A DNA stretch of 64,000 bases from Planctomycetota bacterium (GTDB lineage: Bacteria > Planctomycetota > UBA8108 > SXIK01), in contig OZ244999.1 of NCBI GenBank assembly GCA_965223265.1, positions 7,936,001 through 8,000,000 on the forward strand, written 5' to 3'. A program made the position numbers and the translations under genes. Position 1 is the stretch's first letter. Each line of letters begins with the position of its first letter. Under the pieces are notes generated by a model that made no database searches, was not told where the DNA came from, and worked only from the letters and a program-made list of their open reading frames with translations. Positions 30,324 through 40,829 of this stretch are shown one piece after another.

Positions 30324-31964
30324 TCACTCAAAAGCGAGTGGCGTTCCGTCATTCCAGAGAAGATCACGCACGACGACCACCGTCGGCGTGAACGGTGGCA
30401 GCCGGGTTGGATCGTTCAACTGGGGATCGAACTGCCAGTCCCGCTGCGGCGCGGCGTAGACGTACGGCGCTCCCCAGGGGCTCTTGGCCACCGCGCTTGC
30501 AAACAGGCGGGCGATGGACCCGCGGAGGCGCAGTGTTCTGCCGCGCCAGTCTTCGTGGAGACGAAGAAGGTTCTCGAAACGACTCGCTGGCCGTCCGCTC
30601 GCATTGACCGTCGGGACGTCACCGGTAACGATGCACATGTGGTAGCGTGTCGAGGAGGCCTGCGGGACGGCGCCAGGTAACTTCGAATCGTTCCAAGCGT
30701 TCGAGAGGAGATTCACGGCGTCGGCGATGACCGCGGCAGGTTTCGGCTGGACGACATTGAAGTCCCCTTGAATGTAGAGCGGCGCAGGCGTGACAAAGGT
30801 GAGTGGCCTTGCCAGTTCTGCGCCGTTTTTCAGGCGAAAGCCATTAGGGCGCGCCGCGGTGGCGTCGGTCCGGTGGGCGTAGATCAGCCCGTTGGCTGGC
30901 AGCCTTCCTGCCATCGTCAGCAGTTTCACGTCGACGTCGGTGAAATGAACGTAGGCGTCCTCACGCGCATCGAACAGGACCGACTCCTGCAGCGTCCCCT
31001 TGGGTAGAAGAACCTCACGCTCGTTTGCATCGAAAGCGCGACTGCCCACAAGGACGAGGTCAGCGTGTCGATGGTAGAATCCGCGCTCGCCGTTTTGCTG
31101 CAGCGCTTCAATGACCGTCCGGGCGGGCACTTCGGTGCGTCCAACGCCATGCTCGGCATCGGCGACGGTGCCCTTCCAGCGCTCGGGGGCGTCCCAGCGC
31201 CACTCGGCGCTGCGGGAGTCGTTCGCTGCGTCAAGGCTACGGTAGTGGCGCTCAACACCGGCGACGCGAACCGCGACCTCTCCCGCTCTGCCGCTGTGCG
31301 AAAGGCTGCCGGAACACTTCAGATATTCGCCGTCGACGAGGAGTGTCTCGCTTCCTCCCAAGCGTAGGTCGCCGTTAGCGTGCACTCGTCCGATGAGAGT
31401 CGAGGCGCGCGATGGTGCGATGTTGAGATCGCCGTTGCTCAAGACGCCGAATTGAAAGAGCGGCGTGCGCGCGAGCTCGATGACTCTTTCGACGGTGGCG
31501 CGGGCGCGGCTTTCCTCAACGTGGGCGGTGACGCGATATCGCTGTGAAACAACCTGCGCGCCATCGTCGCAGGTCGTTCGATCTGCAGGTCCGACCGCGG
31601 CGACCTCGTACTCGAACGATGCGCCCGCGATGAGAACGGCACCGCCGAATGGCACGGGCTCGAAATTTGGCGCCGCTTCCCGAAGGCGCTGGATCGCGGC
31701 CGCGACAACGCCTTCGGCCGCCGCGAGCGCGCGTGTGTGCTCGAGAGTTGTCCTGGCCTGCTTGCCGAGCTGATGGGTGGACGTCACGGCGGCACCGATC
31801 GCGAGCAAGACGAGAACCGAGATGACCAGCCCGAGGACCATCACCGACGCCCCGCGGCGATCGATCGCGGCACTCGCCGGGGAGCCGCGCGACGCGGTGA
31901 CGAGGCGACGCGGCCGCAGGTCGACGTGTCGGTGTCTCGGATGATGGCCGGCGATTTGGAGCAT
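30324..31964 (-). CDS. PilX/PulK-like minor pilin with a large C-terminal domain
   Basis: RRG^ASVMVLGLV hydrophobic N-helix without E5, ALAAAEGVV, GRVHANG and a C-terminal LPPFTP. The start is uncertain. Confidence 0.75.
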   Translation of the reverse strand: MLQIAGHHPRHRHVDLRPRRLVTASRGSPASAAIDRRGASVMVLGLVISVLVLLAIGAAVTSTHQLGKQARTTLEHTRALAAAEGVVAAAIQRLREAAPNFEPVPFGGAVLIAGASFEYEVAAVGPADRTTCDDGAQVVSQRYRVTAHVEESRARATVERVIELARTPLFQFGVLSNGDLNIAPSRASTLIGRVHANGDLRLGGSETLLVDGEYLKCSGSLSHSGRAGEVAVRVAGVERHYRSLDAANDSRSAEWRWDAPERWKGTVADAEHGVGRTEVPARTVIEALQQNGERGFYHRHADLVLVGSRAFDANEREVLLPKGTLQESVLFDAREDAYVHFTDVDVKLLTMAGRLPANGLIYAHRTDATAARPNGFRLKNGAELARPLTFVTPAPLYIQGDFNVVQPKPAAVIADAVNLLSNAWNDSKLPGAVPQASSTRYHMCIVTGDVPTVNASGRPASRFENLLRLHEDWRGRTLRLRGSIARLFASAVAKSPWGAPYVYAAPQRDWQFDPQLNDPTRLPPFTPTVVVVRDLLWNDGTPLAFE

Positions 31965-31976
31965 CCCGTCGTCCTT

Positions 31977-32636
31977 TCAGTTCCGCATGAAGACTGCGCC
32001 GGCCAGCCGCGGCGGGCCTTGTGATGCTGCGGAGTTGCCGCCGCTGGCGTGGAGGTCGATGGAGATCGAGATTTCTCTTGGATGGAGCGATTCGTCTTCG
32101 AGACCAGTGCGGAACTGAACGGCGTGGACACCGCGGAGAAGAGAGAGGACTTCGTCGTCGTCTCGATAGATCGAGAGGCGACGGCCGCGGAGCTCCACAG
32201 AGTAGACATTTGGGCTCCATTCGACCTCGCCTGTGATCTCGTCGATCGCGAGCCCGTTGCCGTCGCGGTCGTGCGGCAGGCAGAATTCGAGACGAGTTCC
32301 GTCGACGACGACTCGGGGGTAGGTCCTGTTGTCGCGATCCACCCGGCCCGTCTTGCGGAGAACGCGACGCAATTGGGGCGGGATAGTCGTGGTCTCCGGA
32401 AGCGAATCCGTGTCTTCGCGCGCGATGCCGATCATGGAACTCGACTCCCTGAGGACCGCGAACATGCTGCCGATGAGCGCTGAGACAATCAAAAGGGAAA
32501 CGGACGCCTCGAGAAGTGAGAAGCCGCTAACGCGCGTCGGTCCGCGACACCGCTTCGGTGCGTCAACCCAATGTGAGCCGGGGAGCCGCGGATCGCGAGG
32601 TTCGGACGGACGATTTTGTTTTCGCGGCAATTCCAT
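31977..32636 (-). CDS. Prepilin-type (PilW/PulJ-like) protein
   Basis: G^FSLLE type III signal followed by a hydrophobic helix. Confidence 0.8.
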   Translation of the reverse strand: MELPRKQNRPSEPRDPRLPGSHWVDAPKRCRGPTRVSGFSLLEASVSLLIVSALIGSMFAVLRESSSMIGIAREDTDSLPETTTIPPQLRRVLRKTGRVDRDNRTYPRVVVDGTRLEFCLPHDRDGNGLAIDEITGEVEWSPNVYSVELRGRRLSIYRDDDEVLSLLRGVHAVQFRTGLEDESLHPREISISIDLHASGGNSAASQGPPRLAGAVFMRN

Positions 32637-32651
32637 AGTGGTTCAGTCGGT

Positions 32652-33203
32652 TCAGTCAGCCTTCAGCGTCGCGATTTCGAAACGGACCTCGCCGACGTCA
32701 GAGTTTGTCCACACGACTTCGAGCGACACTTCAAGGGGCGCTGCGGTGAGGTCGCCGTAGTTGACGATCATCTCGCCACCCTCGAGTGCGGGGAGTGGGC
32801 GTGTTGAACCCTGCGGCCATCGCTCGAGAAGCTCTCGGCGCGACGAGACGCGCATCCTGGCAAGCATCCGCTGCGCCGCCGCGGTGGCGTGCTCGGTCTC
32901 GCGGTTCATGCGCGCTTGGCGCGCGATGGGAACGAGCACGAGCGTCGTCCCGAGAACCACAGAGAGTAGGATCGTGACCGTGATGGAGACTTCAAGCAGG
33001 GTCAGCCCGCGGCACCGACTGACGTACCGATCGGCGCACCGACCCGCGTGTCGACGCTGGGGCCCACGCGCATGCGGCGGCGCGTCGAGAGAAGACGAGA
33101 GAACGTCGCCGCAGTGACTCCCGACGTATTCCACCTGCCGTACCCCACGAATCCAACGACGGCCGACGTGACTGAGCATCTCGCTTGATCGCAACGCTTG
33201 CAC
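32652..33203 (-). CDS. Prepilin-type (PilV/PulI-like) protein; the true start is probably downstream
   Basis: RG^LTLLEV type III signal. Confidence 0.75.
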   Translation of the reverse strand: MQALRSSEMLSHVGRRWIRGVRQVEYVGSHCGDVLSSSLDAPPHARGPQRRHAGRCADRYVSRCRGLTLLEVSITVTILLSVVLGTTLVLVPIARQARMNRETEHATAAAQRMLARMRVSSRRELLERWPQGSTRPLPALEGGEMIVNYGDLTAAPLEVSLEVVWTNSDVGEVRFEIATLKAD

Positions 33204-33463
33204 GATTGCCTCCGTTTTCCGGACCGTCGTCCGTTTGCTGCGGTTCCTCTTCGTTCCATCGGTCGGTGCGTTTGCTCGGCTGCACCGGCATGCCGATAAA
33301 TCGTGCCGCAGCGCAGTGGCAGCCTCGAAACGGACCCGCAGCTGCGACGACAGAGCTGCGCGAACTGTGATTGCCTTGGCGGGGAACTTTCAACGTTGGA
33401 AGCGCTGACGCCCAGGTCGGACGTGGAATCGGAGCGCACGTCGGCACAGCGAGCGGCCAGATC

Positions 33464-35341
33464 TCAGTCCGCTGCCTGTGCACTTCTCGCGGCGCGCCTG
33501 GCTTCCTGGCGGCGGCGGATGTTTTCTAGTCGGTCATCGGGCGTCGCCGCGATGAGGCGCCGGGTGTAGTCCTGTCGAGGTGAGGAGTAGATAGCGTCGG
33601 ACGGGCCAGCCTCGACAATCTTGCCCTCGTTCATGACGAGCATCATGTCGGCCATGAACTTGACGACGCTGAGGTCGTGGCTGATGAAGATGTAGGTGAG
33701 GTCTCGCTTCTCTTGCAGGTCTTTGAGCAGGTTGAGAACCTGCGCCTGCACGGACACGTCCAGGGCCGACACCGATTCGTCGCAGATCACAAACTCCGGC
33801 TCGACCGCCAGTGCGCGCGCGATGCAGATGCGTTGGCGTTGGCCGCCGGAAAACTCATGCGGGTAACGTCGCAAGTGGTCGCTCTCGAGGCCGACTTCGC
33901 GCAGCAGCTGCGCGGCGCGTTCGCGCCGGTCGGCGCGTGAGGAGCCGAGGCCGTGGATCGCCATCGGCACAACGAGCGCCGTCTCGACGGTTGTGCGCGG
34001 GTTGAGGCTGCCGTAGGGGTCTTGGAAAATAATCTGCAGCCGACGTCTGAAAGCGCGCAGCCCGCGGCGCGGAAGTGCCGTTAGGTCGACGCCGTCATAG
34101 GTTACGCGACCAGCTGTCGGTTCGATGAGTCGCAAGATGGCGCGCCCGGCCGTGGTCTTGCCGCACCCCGACTCGCCGACAAGGCCGAGCGTCTGACCGC
34201 GGAAGACGTCGAACGAGACTCCGTCGACTGCGCGGACGTGTCCCACCGTGCGCAGAAAGAAGCCGCGCCGAATCGGGAAATGGACTTCGAGGTCGCGGAC
34301 GTGAAGCAGTGGCTCAGTGCCGGCGTCGATGAACGTTGCGTCCGGCGGCACCGAGTTGGCGTCGGCGTCCATCGTCTCGATCATCGGCTTGGGATGGAGC
34401 AAACGCCCGCGGCCGGTGTGAGCAAGACGCTGCAGGGTCGCGTCATCAACTTTCTTCTCGCGCACCTCGATGCGGCCGTCGACTTCGACAGTCTCCATGA
34501 AGTCCTCGACCGTCGCGAGTCGTCGGTTCTCCGAGCCGGGGTGTGGGCGACACGCCAAGAGCCCTTTGGTGTAGGGATGCTGCGGCTTTTCAAAGATGTC
34601 GAGCACAGTGCCCTGCTCGACCACCTTGCCGCGGTACATGACGGCGACGTCGTCAGCGATCTCCGCGATGACGCCCAGGTCGTGCGTGATGAAGAGGACC
34701 GCCATTTGCCGCTGGTCGCGCAGTCGCCGCATGATGTCGAGGATCTGGGCCTGGATCGTGACGTCGAGCGCCGTCGTCGGTTCGTCGGCGATGAGGAGGC
34801 TTGGGTTGCAGGAAAGGGCCATGGCGATCATGACGCGCTGCTTCTGACCGCCCGAAAGCTGGTGCGGGTAGGAGTCGACGCGCTGCTCCGGGTCGGGCAT
34901 GCCGACCTGCTGGAAGAGATCGATGGTGCGCTCGCGTGCTGCGCGCTTGGAGATGCGCTCGTGCAGCAGCACGGCCTCCATCACCTGACGTCCCACTGAG
35001 ATCACCGGGTTCAGCGAGGTCATCGGCTCTTGAAAGATCATGCTGATCTCGCCGCCGCGAATGGCGCGCAGCTCGGGCTCGGGGATCTCGAGCATGTTGC
35101 GTCCGCGGAAGAGAACGCTGCCGCCCACGACGTCCGCGTTCGATGCCAGCAGGCGCAAAAGCGAAAACGCCGTCACCGATTTCCCGGACCCCGACTCGCC
35201 GACCACCCCTAACGTGCGTCCCGGATGGATCTCGAGGGAGATGTCATCGACGGCTTTGACGACGCCTGTCTCGGTTTCGAAGTAGGTCTTGAGGCCGTTG
35301 ATTTCAACCAGCGGCGGCGCCGGCTGGGCTGCGTCTACCAT
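33464..35341 (-). CDS. Oligopeptide ABC transporter, fused double ATPase (OppD-OppF type)
   Basis: Two GESG(S/C)GK Walker A motifs plus LSGGQ and FSGGQ signatures. Confidence 0.95.
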   Translation of the reverse strand: MVDAAQPAPPLVEINGLKTYFETETGVVKAVDDISLEIHPGRTLGVVGESGSGKSVTAFSLLRLLASNADVVGGSVLFRGRNMLEIPEPELRAIRGGEISMIFQEPMTSLNPVISVGRQVMEAVLLHERISKRAARERTIDLFQQVGMPDPEQRVDSYPHQLSGGQKQRVMIAMALSCNPSLLIADEPTTALDVTIQAQILDIMRRLRDQRQMAVLFITHDLGVIAEIADDVAVMYRGKVVEQGTVLDIFEKPQHPYTKGLLACRPHPGSENRRLATVEDFMETVEVDGRIEVREKKVDDATLQRLAHTGRGRLLHPKPMIETMDADANSVPPDATFIDAGTEPLLHVRDLEVHFPIRRGFFLRTVGHVRAVDGVSFDVFRGQTLGLVGESGCGKTTAGRAILRLIEPTAGRVTYDGVDLTALPRRGLRAFRRRLQIIFQDPYGSLNPRTTVETALVVPMAIHGLGSSRADRRERAAQLLREVGLESDHLRRYPHEFSGGQRQRICIARALAVEPEFVICDESVSALDVSVQAQVLNLLKDLQEKRDLTYIFISHDLSVVKFMADMMLVMNEGKIVEAGPSDAIYSSPRQDYTRRLIAATPDDRLENIRRRQEARRAARSAQAAD

Positions 35342-35366
35342 GTGTCAGCTGCTCATCGCTTCGTCG

Positions 35367-36482
35367 TCACTTCGATCCTTCGCGCAGACGTGGATCCGTC
35401 GCTTCCTGAAGGCCCTCGCCGATGAGGTTGTAGGCCAAGACCGTCGAGAAGATGGCTAAGCCGGGAAAGAGGATCAGCCACCACATCTGCAGATTGCTGC
35501 GCCCGGCGCTGAGGACGACGCCCCAGCTCGGATTCGGCGGCGGTGTTCCGAAGCCGAGAAAGCTCAGCCCGCTTTCGATGAGAATGGCCGCAGCGATGCC
35601 AAAGGCGATCGGCACGAGAACAGGCGCCATGGCGTTCGGCAGAATCTGGCGCACCATGATGCGGACGCGACTCATCCCGAGGGCGCGCGCTGCAGTGACG
35701 TATTCCATCGTCTTGAGCTTGAGAAACTCGGCGCGCACGAGGCGAGCGATCCCGGTCCAGCTCGTCATGCCGATGACTCCCATGACATGCCAAATGCTGG
35801 GGTCCTCAACGATGGCCAGTAGAGCCAGGATGAGAACGAGCGCCGGAATGCACATGACGACTTCGATGATGCGACTGACGACGACGTCGACCGAGCCGCC
35901 GAAATAGCCGGCGATGGCGCCTAGGGTGATGCCCACGACGCTGGCAATACCCATCGACACGAATCCAACCAAGAGCGCAATGCGCGTTCCATGGACCAGC
36001 TGCGCGAAGACGTCGATGCCGGCTTGATTGGTTCCGAGTGGGTTTAGCCGGCTCGGGGCGCCCTTGTCGAGCGAAGGGTTCCCCGGCCGGTCTTCCCATT
36101 CGCCTTTGCGGACGCGGCGGTACGGGTCTTGGTAGACGAGCGGCCAGATCGCCCAGCTCTCCGGGTCTTTCTTCTCGAGGTTTTGCGGATAGATGCGGCG
36201 GAACTCGTCGCGAAAAAAGACAGGGTTTTCCCAGCGTGGGTTGAAATAACCGAGCGCCGGAAAGTAGATGGACCCTTTGTACTTACAGATCACTGGTTTG
36301 GTGCCGACGATCGCCGGAGAGAGGAGCGCGACGAGCGAGAGAAACCCGACAAAGATGAGCGACGCCATGGCGAGCTTGCGGCGCCGAAAGCGTACCCATG
36401 TCTCGGCCCAAAAGCCACGGCTGCGGGTGAACCGCGTCGTCGCGGAGTCCTTGGTCTCTAACGTCGGCGGGGGTTCGTTCAT
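35367..36482 (-). CDS. Oligopeptide ABC permease (OppC type)
   Basis: PLGT..G.DVF, the EAA loop YVTAARALG, and ESGLSFLGFG. Confidence 0.93.
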   Translation of the reverse strand: MNEPPPTLETKDSATTRFTRSRGFWAETWVRFRRRKLAMASLIFVGFLSLVALLSPAIVGTKPVICKYKGSIYFPALGYFNPRWENPVFFRDEFRRIYPQNLEKKDPESWAIWPLVYQDPYRRVRKGEWEDRPGNPSLDKGAPSRLNPLGTNQAGIDVFAQLVHGTRIALLVGFVSMGIASVVGITLGAIAGYFGGSVDVVVSRIIEVVMCIPALVLILALLAIVEDPSIWHVMGVIGMTSWTGIARLVRAEFLKLKTMEYVTAARALGMSRVRIMVRQILPNAMAPVLVPIAFGIAAAILIESGLSFLGFGTPPPNPSWGVVLSAGRSNLQMWWLILFPGLAIFSTVLAYNLIGEGLQEATDPRLREGSK

Positions 36483-36509
36483 TTCTGTGAAGGAAGCTGC
36501 CAGATATCG

Positions 36510-37502
36510 CTAAGTATAGCTAACGCGTGGGTCGACGACGCCGTAGAGCAGGTCGGCGATGAGCTGCGCCACGAGTGTCAGCATCGAAAACACCAGAGTC
36601 AGCCCCATGATTGTCGGGTAGTCGCGTCGCGTCAGCGACTCCAAAAAAAGTTGACCCATGCCCGGCCAACTGAAGATGAACTCGAGGATGATCGCGCCGC
36701 TGACAAGCGACGGCAGCGTCAAGCCGACCAGCGTCACAAATGGCACAAGGGTGTTGCGGAAGGCGTGGTGCCAGATCACCCGCGCCGGGCCAGCACCTTT
36801 GGCGCGAGCAGTACGGATGTAGTCTTGACGGATGACCTCCTCCATGTTCGCTTTGACGAAGCGTGAGAAGTAGGCGAGGCCACCGTAAGTGTAACAGACA
36901 AGCGGCAGCGCAAGGTGACGCAGTCGGTCGAACGCTTTGCCGACAAGCGAGAGCTCCTCGTAGTCCGAGCTGTAGAGTCCACCAGCGGGCAGTTGAAATC
37001 CCGTGCCCTCGAGCTTGACGTAGAAGAGGATCAACAAGAAGAGCGCCGCAACGTAGGATGGCAGAGAGTAGAGCATGTAGAGGATCACACTCAGAGCGCG
37101 CTCGTCGAAGCGTCCGCTGCGGACGGTGGCGAACAGCCCCATGGGGATGGACAGCAGGTACGTCAGAAAGAGCGACGCACCCGAGAGCAACAGCGTCGGA
37201 CCGATGTGATCGCTGATGATCTGAAGCACCGGCTGCTTGTAGGCGATCGAGTGTCCCATGTCGAGGCGCAGAAGATTTCCAAGCCAGACGAAGTAGGCTT
37301 GGTACCACGGTTTATCCAGTCCGTAGATCGCCTTTAGCCGCTCAAGATCCTCGGGACTGATCTGGCGACTGGGGTCGACCTCAGCCATGTCGAGCGTCAG
37401 CGCCGTTCCCGGCATGCTGCGGATGAGGCCGTAGATGACGAACGTGATCAGCAGGAGCGTCAGGCAGCCGATGGCGAGGCGCCGCAGAATGTAGATCAGC
37501 AT
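36510..37502 (-). CDS. Oligopeptide ABC permease (OppB type)
   Basis: YILRRL, GLDKP, DYIRTARAKG and DPRV. Confidence 0.93.
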   Translation of the reverse strand: MLIYILRRLAIGCLTLLLITFVIYGLIRSMPGTALTLDMAEVDPSRQISPEDLERLKAIYGLDKPWYQAYFVWLGNLLRLDMGHSIAYKQPVLQIISDHIGPTLLLSGASLFLTYLLSIPMGLFATVRSGRFDERALSVILYMLYSLPSYVAALFLLILFYVKLEGTGFQLPAGGLYSSDYEELSLVGKAFDRLRHLALPLVCYTYGGLAYFSRFVKANMEEVIRQDYIRTARAKGAGPARVIWHHAFRNTLVPFVTLVGLTLPSLVSGAIILEFIFSWPGMGQLFLESLTRRDYPTIMGLTLVFSMLTLVAQLIADLLYGVVDPRVSYT

Positions 37503-37577
37503 GAGGTCTTTTGCGTCACCGCCTCGGCTCGCTGCGCCGGCGCCCGGACAGGGGCGAAAGAGCGTGACTCTGAGCCG

Positions 37578-39470
37578 TCACAGGTCTTTCGGTTTCCACA
37601 GCGCCGTGTCCCCCGGACTGTAGCTGTACGGTCCGCGCGGACTGAAGTTGTAGCCACGAAGCTTCTTACTAAAGGCGAAGAAGGAGTTGCGGAAGTAGAG
37701 CCACGTGTAGGGCTGATCTTCGTAGACGATCTCGTGGATGCGGGCGTAGTGGCGTCGCCGTTTCTCGAAGTCGAACTCCTTCCGGCCGACCTTAAAGAGA
37801 CGATCGACTTCCGGATTCGAGTAGCTGCCGTAGTTGCGCTCCTTGCCGGTGCCGAAAATGTTGTCGGAGGTGTCTGGATCCGCGCCTGCACCCCACCCGG
37901 CGAAATAGGCCTGGAACTTCTTATCCAGCGTCGTCTGCATCAGCACTGCGAACTCGAGCGGCCGGATTTTGCAGACGACTCCAATCTGGTCGAGGTTCTC
38001 GCGCAGGAGGTTGCAGATCGCGATGCGATCGGGAACGTTTGACACCAAGATAGTGAACTCGAAGCGTTGGCCATCTTTGTCGCGCACCCCATCGCCGTCA
38101 CTGTCGACCCAACCAGCGGCGTCGAGGAGTTCCTCCGCCTTGTCGAGGTCTTGTGTGTACGGCGCGGGTGGATTCTCAGGCGCCCAGGGGGATGTCCTGT
38201 GGAAAATGCCGTTACAGGCTTCGTTGAGTCCGAAGCGCAAGGTCGTCAAGAGCTCCTCGTGATCGAAGGCATAGGACATCGCCTGGCGTACGCGTTTGTC
38301 TTTGAAAAACAGCGAGGCGCAGTTCCACCCGAAGTAGAAGTACGTCCACTCGAGACCGTGCGCTTTGGTGTTCTTGTCATAGAAGTCGGCGTCATTGGTC
38401 TGCGTGCGCCACTGCTCCGCCGAGAGGAGCATCTCGTCGAGATCGCCGGCTTTGGTACGGAGGAGCGCGACACTTGGATCCGTGATGACGCGAAAGGTGA
38501 CTTCTCGGAACGGCGGTTTGTCGCGGACTCGTTTGCCGTTGTGCTCGTACCAAGACGGCCGCCGGCGCAAGACGATTTCTTGACCCTTGGTGCGCTTGAC
38601 GATTTCGTACGGCCCTCCCGAGATCGGGGCGTTTTCGTATTTGACGAGATGCGGGCTGTTGGCCAGCGTCGGGTCTTCGAGGGCCGATTCAGCATAGATG
38701 TGTTTGGGGATGACGCTGAAGTTAACATTCCAGATGTTGGTCGCGAGCGCTTCTTTGTGGAAGAAGACGAGTGTGTGATCGTCGTACGCCTCGATCCACT
38801 TAATCTTGTCGGTGCCCGATCGCTGCGCGGGGACCGGGACCTCTTTGGTCATGATCAAGCGATAACTAAAAACGACGTCATGCGCCGTGATGGGCGTGCC
38901 GTCCGACCATGTCAGGTCGTCGCGCAAGATGACCTTTTCGTAGAGACCGTCGGCGCTTGCCTGCCACGAGGCGACCGTGTCTGCACTCGCGAAAGGTTTG
39001 AGCGTCCAGTCGAAGCTGAAGAGCCCGAAGTTCATGAGGCCGATCACCCAAACCTCATAGACCGAGCTCATGAGGACGGCGTTTGTCGTCTTGATGTCCT
39101 GCGGCAGGTAGCGTCGAAGCTCCGCGTCTTCGTCGACCGCCTCGGGCTGAGCAGGAAGCCTACTGAGCGCGCTCAGGATTTTGGCGTTCGCTTCGGGAGA
39201 GTCGTTCTTCAGGCGCAGCGCCTCCTCGACGGTGGCGAGTTTGGGTTCGCCGGCCTGGCGCTGGCGCAACAGCTCGATGGAGTCGAGCACCGGTCGGTCC
39301 TGCCAGGTCACCTTGGCATCGAGCTCGGCGAGCGTCGGTGGTTCGAACGGTTCGAGCATATTCCCAAGCACGACTTTCTTGGCCGCAGGTGTTGGCGTCG
39401 TCGAATCCGTGCAACCAAGCGCTAGAACGAAGAGGAAGAGAGTCGAGAGGCGAATCGTGTTCGGCTGCAT
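37578..39470 (-). CDS. Oligopeptide ABC substrate-binding lipoprotein (family 5)
   Basis: Lipobox ALGC, WSDGTPITAHDVVFS and DKRVRQAM. Confidence 0.93.
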   Translation of the reverse strand: MQPNTIRLSTLFLFVLALGCTDSTTPTPAAKKVVLGNMLEPFEPPTLAELDAKVTWQDRPVLDSIELLRQRQAGEPKLATVEEALRLKNDSPEANAKILSALSRLPAQPEAVDEDAELRRYLPQDIKTTNAVLMSSVYEVWVIGLMNFGLFSFDWTLKPFASADTVASWQASADGLYEKVILRDDLTWSDGTPITAHDVVFSYRLIMTKEVPVPAQRSGTDKIKWIEAYDDHTLVFFHKEALATNIWNVNFSVIPKHIYAESALEDPTLANSPHLVKYENAPISGGPYEIVKRTKGQEIVLRRRPSWYEHNGKRVRDKPPFREVTFRVITDPSVALLRTKAGDLDEMLLSAEQWRTQTNDADFYDKNTKAHGLEWTYFYFGWNCASLFFKDKRVRQAMSYAFDHEELLTTLRFGLNEACNGIFHRTSPWAPENPPAPYTQDLDKAEELLDAAGWVDSDGDGVRDKDGQRFEFTILVSNVPDRIAICNLLRENLDQIGVVCKIRPLEFAVLMQTTLDKKFQAYFAGWGAGADPDTSDNIFGTGKERNYGSYSNPEVDRLFKVGRKEFDFEKRRRHYARIHEIVYEDQPYTWLYFRNSFFAFSKKLRGYNFSPRGPYSYSPGDTALWKPKDL

Positions 39471-39797
39471 GTTCAAGAGCTCCAGTCGCAAAAGAGAGGA
39501 CGCGCGCCACTGGTTCGGAGCGCACGCGTCAGGTCGCGGAGCGGGAATCGAACCTCCACGATGAGAGCGAAGTCAGAGTCTATGGGACGGTTGTTGCCAA
39601 ATCAAGAAACGCCGCTCCACTCGACGAGATTCTACGTCGGTGCGCTTTCGACGACCGACAGCTCGCAACAAAGGTTGCCTGGTCTGACCCTGAGGAGCCC
39701 GCGGTTGCCGCTTGCCCGCGCCGGCGGCGTCGGGTATCAAAAACGCAGAGAAGAATCGACGCCGCAAAGAGCTTGTGACGAGAAAGGAAGTGATGAC

Positions 39798-40262
39798 ATG
39801 GCAGACGGACAGGTCAAAGGTCACGACATCGGCGTACTGCTCGTGCGTCTGGCGCTCGGGGCGATCATGATCGCGCACGGCCTCGGCAAAGTGGCGTTCG
39901 AGAGTTCGCCGGGAGTCCGCGGCTTTGCGGGGTACCTCCAGGACATGGGTCTCTCGCCGTCGGTGAGCATGTACGCCTCGATCGCCGCGATCGCGACCGA
40001 GATCGTCGGCGGCGGCCTCGTCGTCATCGGAGTGCTGTCGCGCCTGGCGAGCCTCGGTATCGCGGCGATCATGATCTTCGCGATCTTTAAGGTGCATCTG
40101 CAGCACGGGTTTTTCATTCCGCTGCGGGTCGACGAACCCGGAGATGTCAACTGGGGGATCGAGTACAACGTCGCGCTCCTCTCCATGGCGCTGCTGATTC
40201 TCCTCAGCGGCCCGGGCAAGCTGAGCCTGCTGCCGCATGGGTTTGGTCGGAAGAAGGGCTGA
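39798..40262 (+). CDS. DoxX-family membrane protein
   Basis: LLVRLALG...HG..K, E..GG, GIEY and GPGKLSL. Confidence 0.9.
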   Translation: MADGQVKGHDIGVLLVRLALGAIMIAHGLGKVAFESSPGVRGFAGYLQDMGLSPSVSMYASIAAIATEIVGGGLVVIGVLSRLASLGIAAIMIFAIFKVHLQHGFFIPLRVDEPGDVNWGIEYNVALLSMALLILLSGPGKLSLLPHGFGRKKG

Positions 40263-40364
40263 GGTCGGCGGAGAGTCGGACCTCGATTAAGGAAACGCCC
40301 ACGCAGACCGAGTCGGAAACGGCGACCGGGAAAGCGCACTGAAACAGCGCCCGCTACGATTGCA

Positions 40365-40554
40365 GCGGGGCGTAGGAGTTCCCTTAGCGGGTGAGTCCTC
40401 CGAGGAGTGCCAGCCTTCGAATCCGGCAAACTCTCCCGCTATTGGGCGCACGATAGTAGCAGGCACTCTCCGAGTGCGTCCGGTCTTCTCTCCGGCGACG
40501 GCACACAGGAGTGTGCCTGCTACGTTGGGAGACGCGCACTCCTGTCGAGCCCGC
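40365..40554 (+). ncRNA. Candidate structured RNA or leader upstream of glgC
   Basis: Nested inverted repeats (closing stem plus two long arms) immediately after a TACGAT -10-like hexamer. The strand is inferred. Confidence 0.35.
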
Positions 40555-40829
40555 AGCTGTCAAAACGATCGTAGGAGACTTCACCCAAGAACGGGCGGGG
40601 AGACTCCACTGGAAAACCCGAGCCTCTGCTTCCGCCTCTGCCTCTCCTCCCATCCGGCGGCCAGTTCCAGAAACATCCCTTCCGCCGCCACGCCTGATCC
40701 TTCAAACCCGACGCTGATCACGCCGCGCCGCGTGACGGCCGTTTTTGTCAAGAGAGGCTCCGAGAACGGTCGACACACAGAGTGTCACAGCATTCCGGAA
40801 ACCGGGGTTCCAAGGAGAACTGACCTACC

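Noticed and set aside
28589-30324. tRNA-anchored genomic island
   Set aside because: No integrase and no duplicated tRNA 3' end were seen, and the flanking genes are housekeeping.
38067-39425. Long antisense ORFs (also 40785-41990 and 59409-61079)
   Set aside because: They mirror well-supported genes on the opposite strand, which is common in GC-rich DNA.
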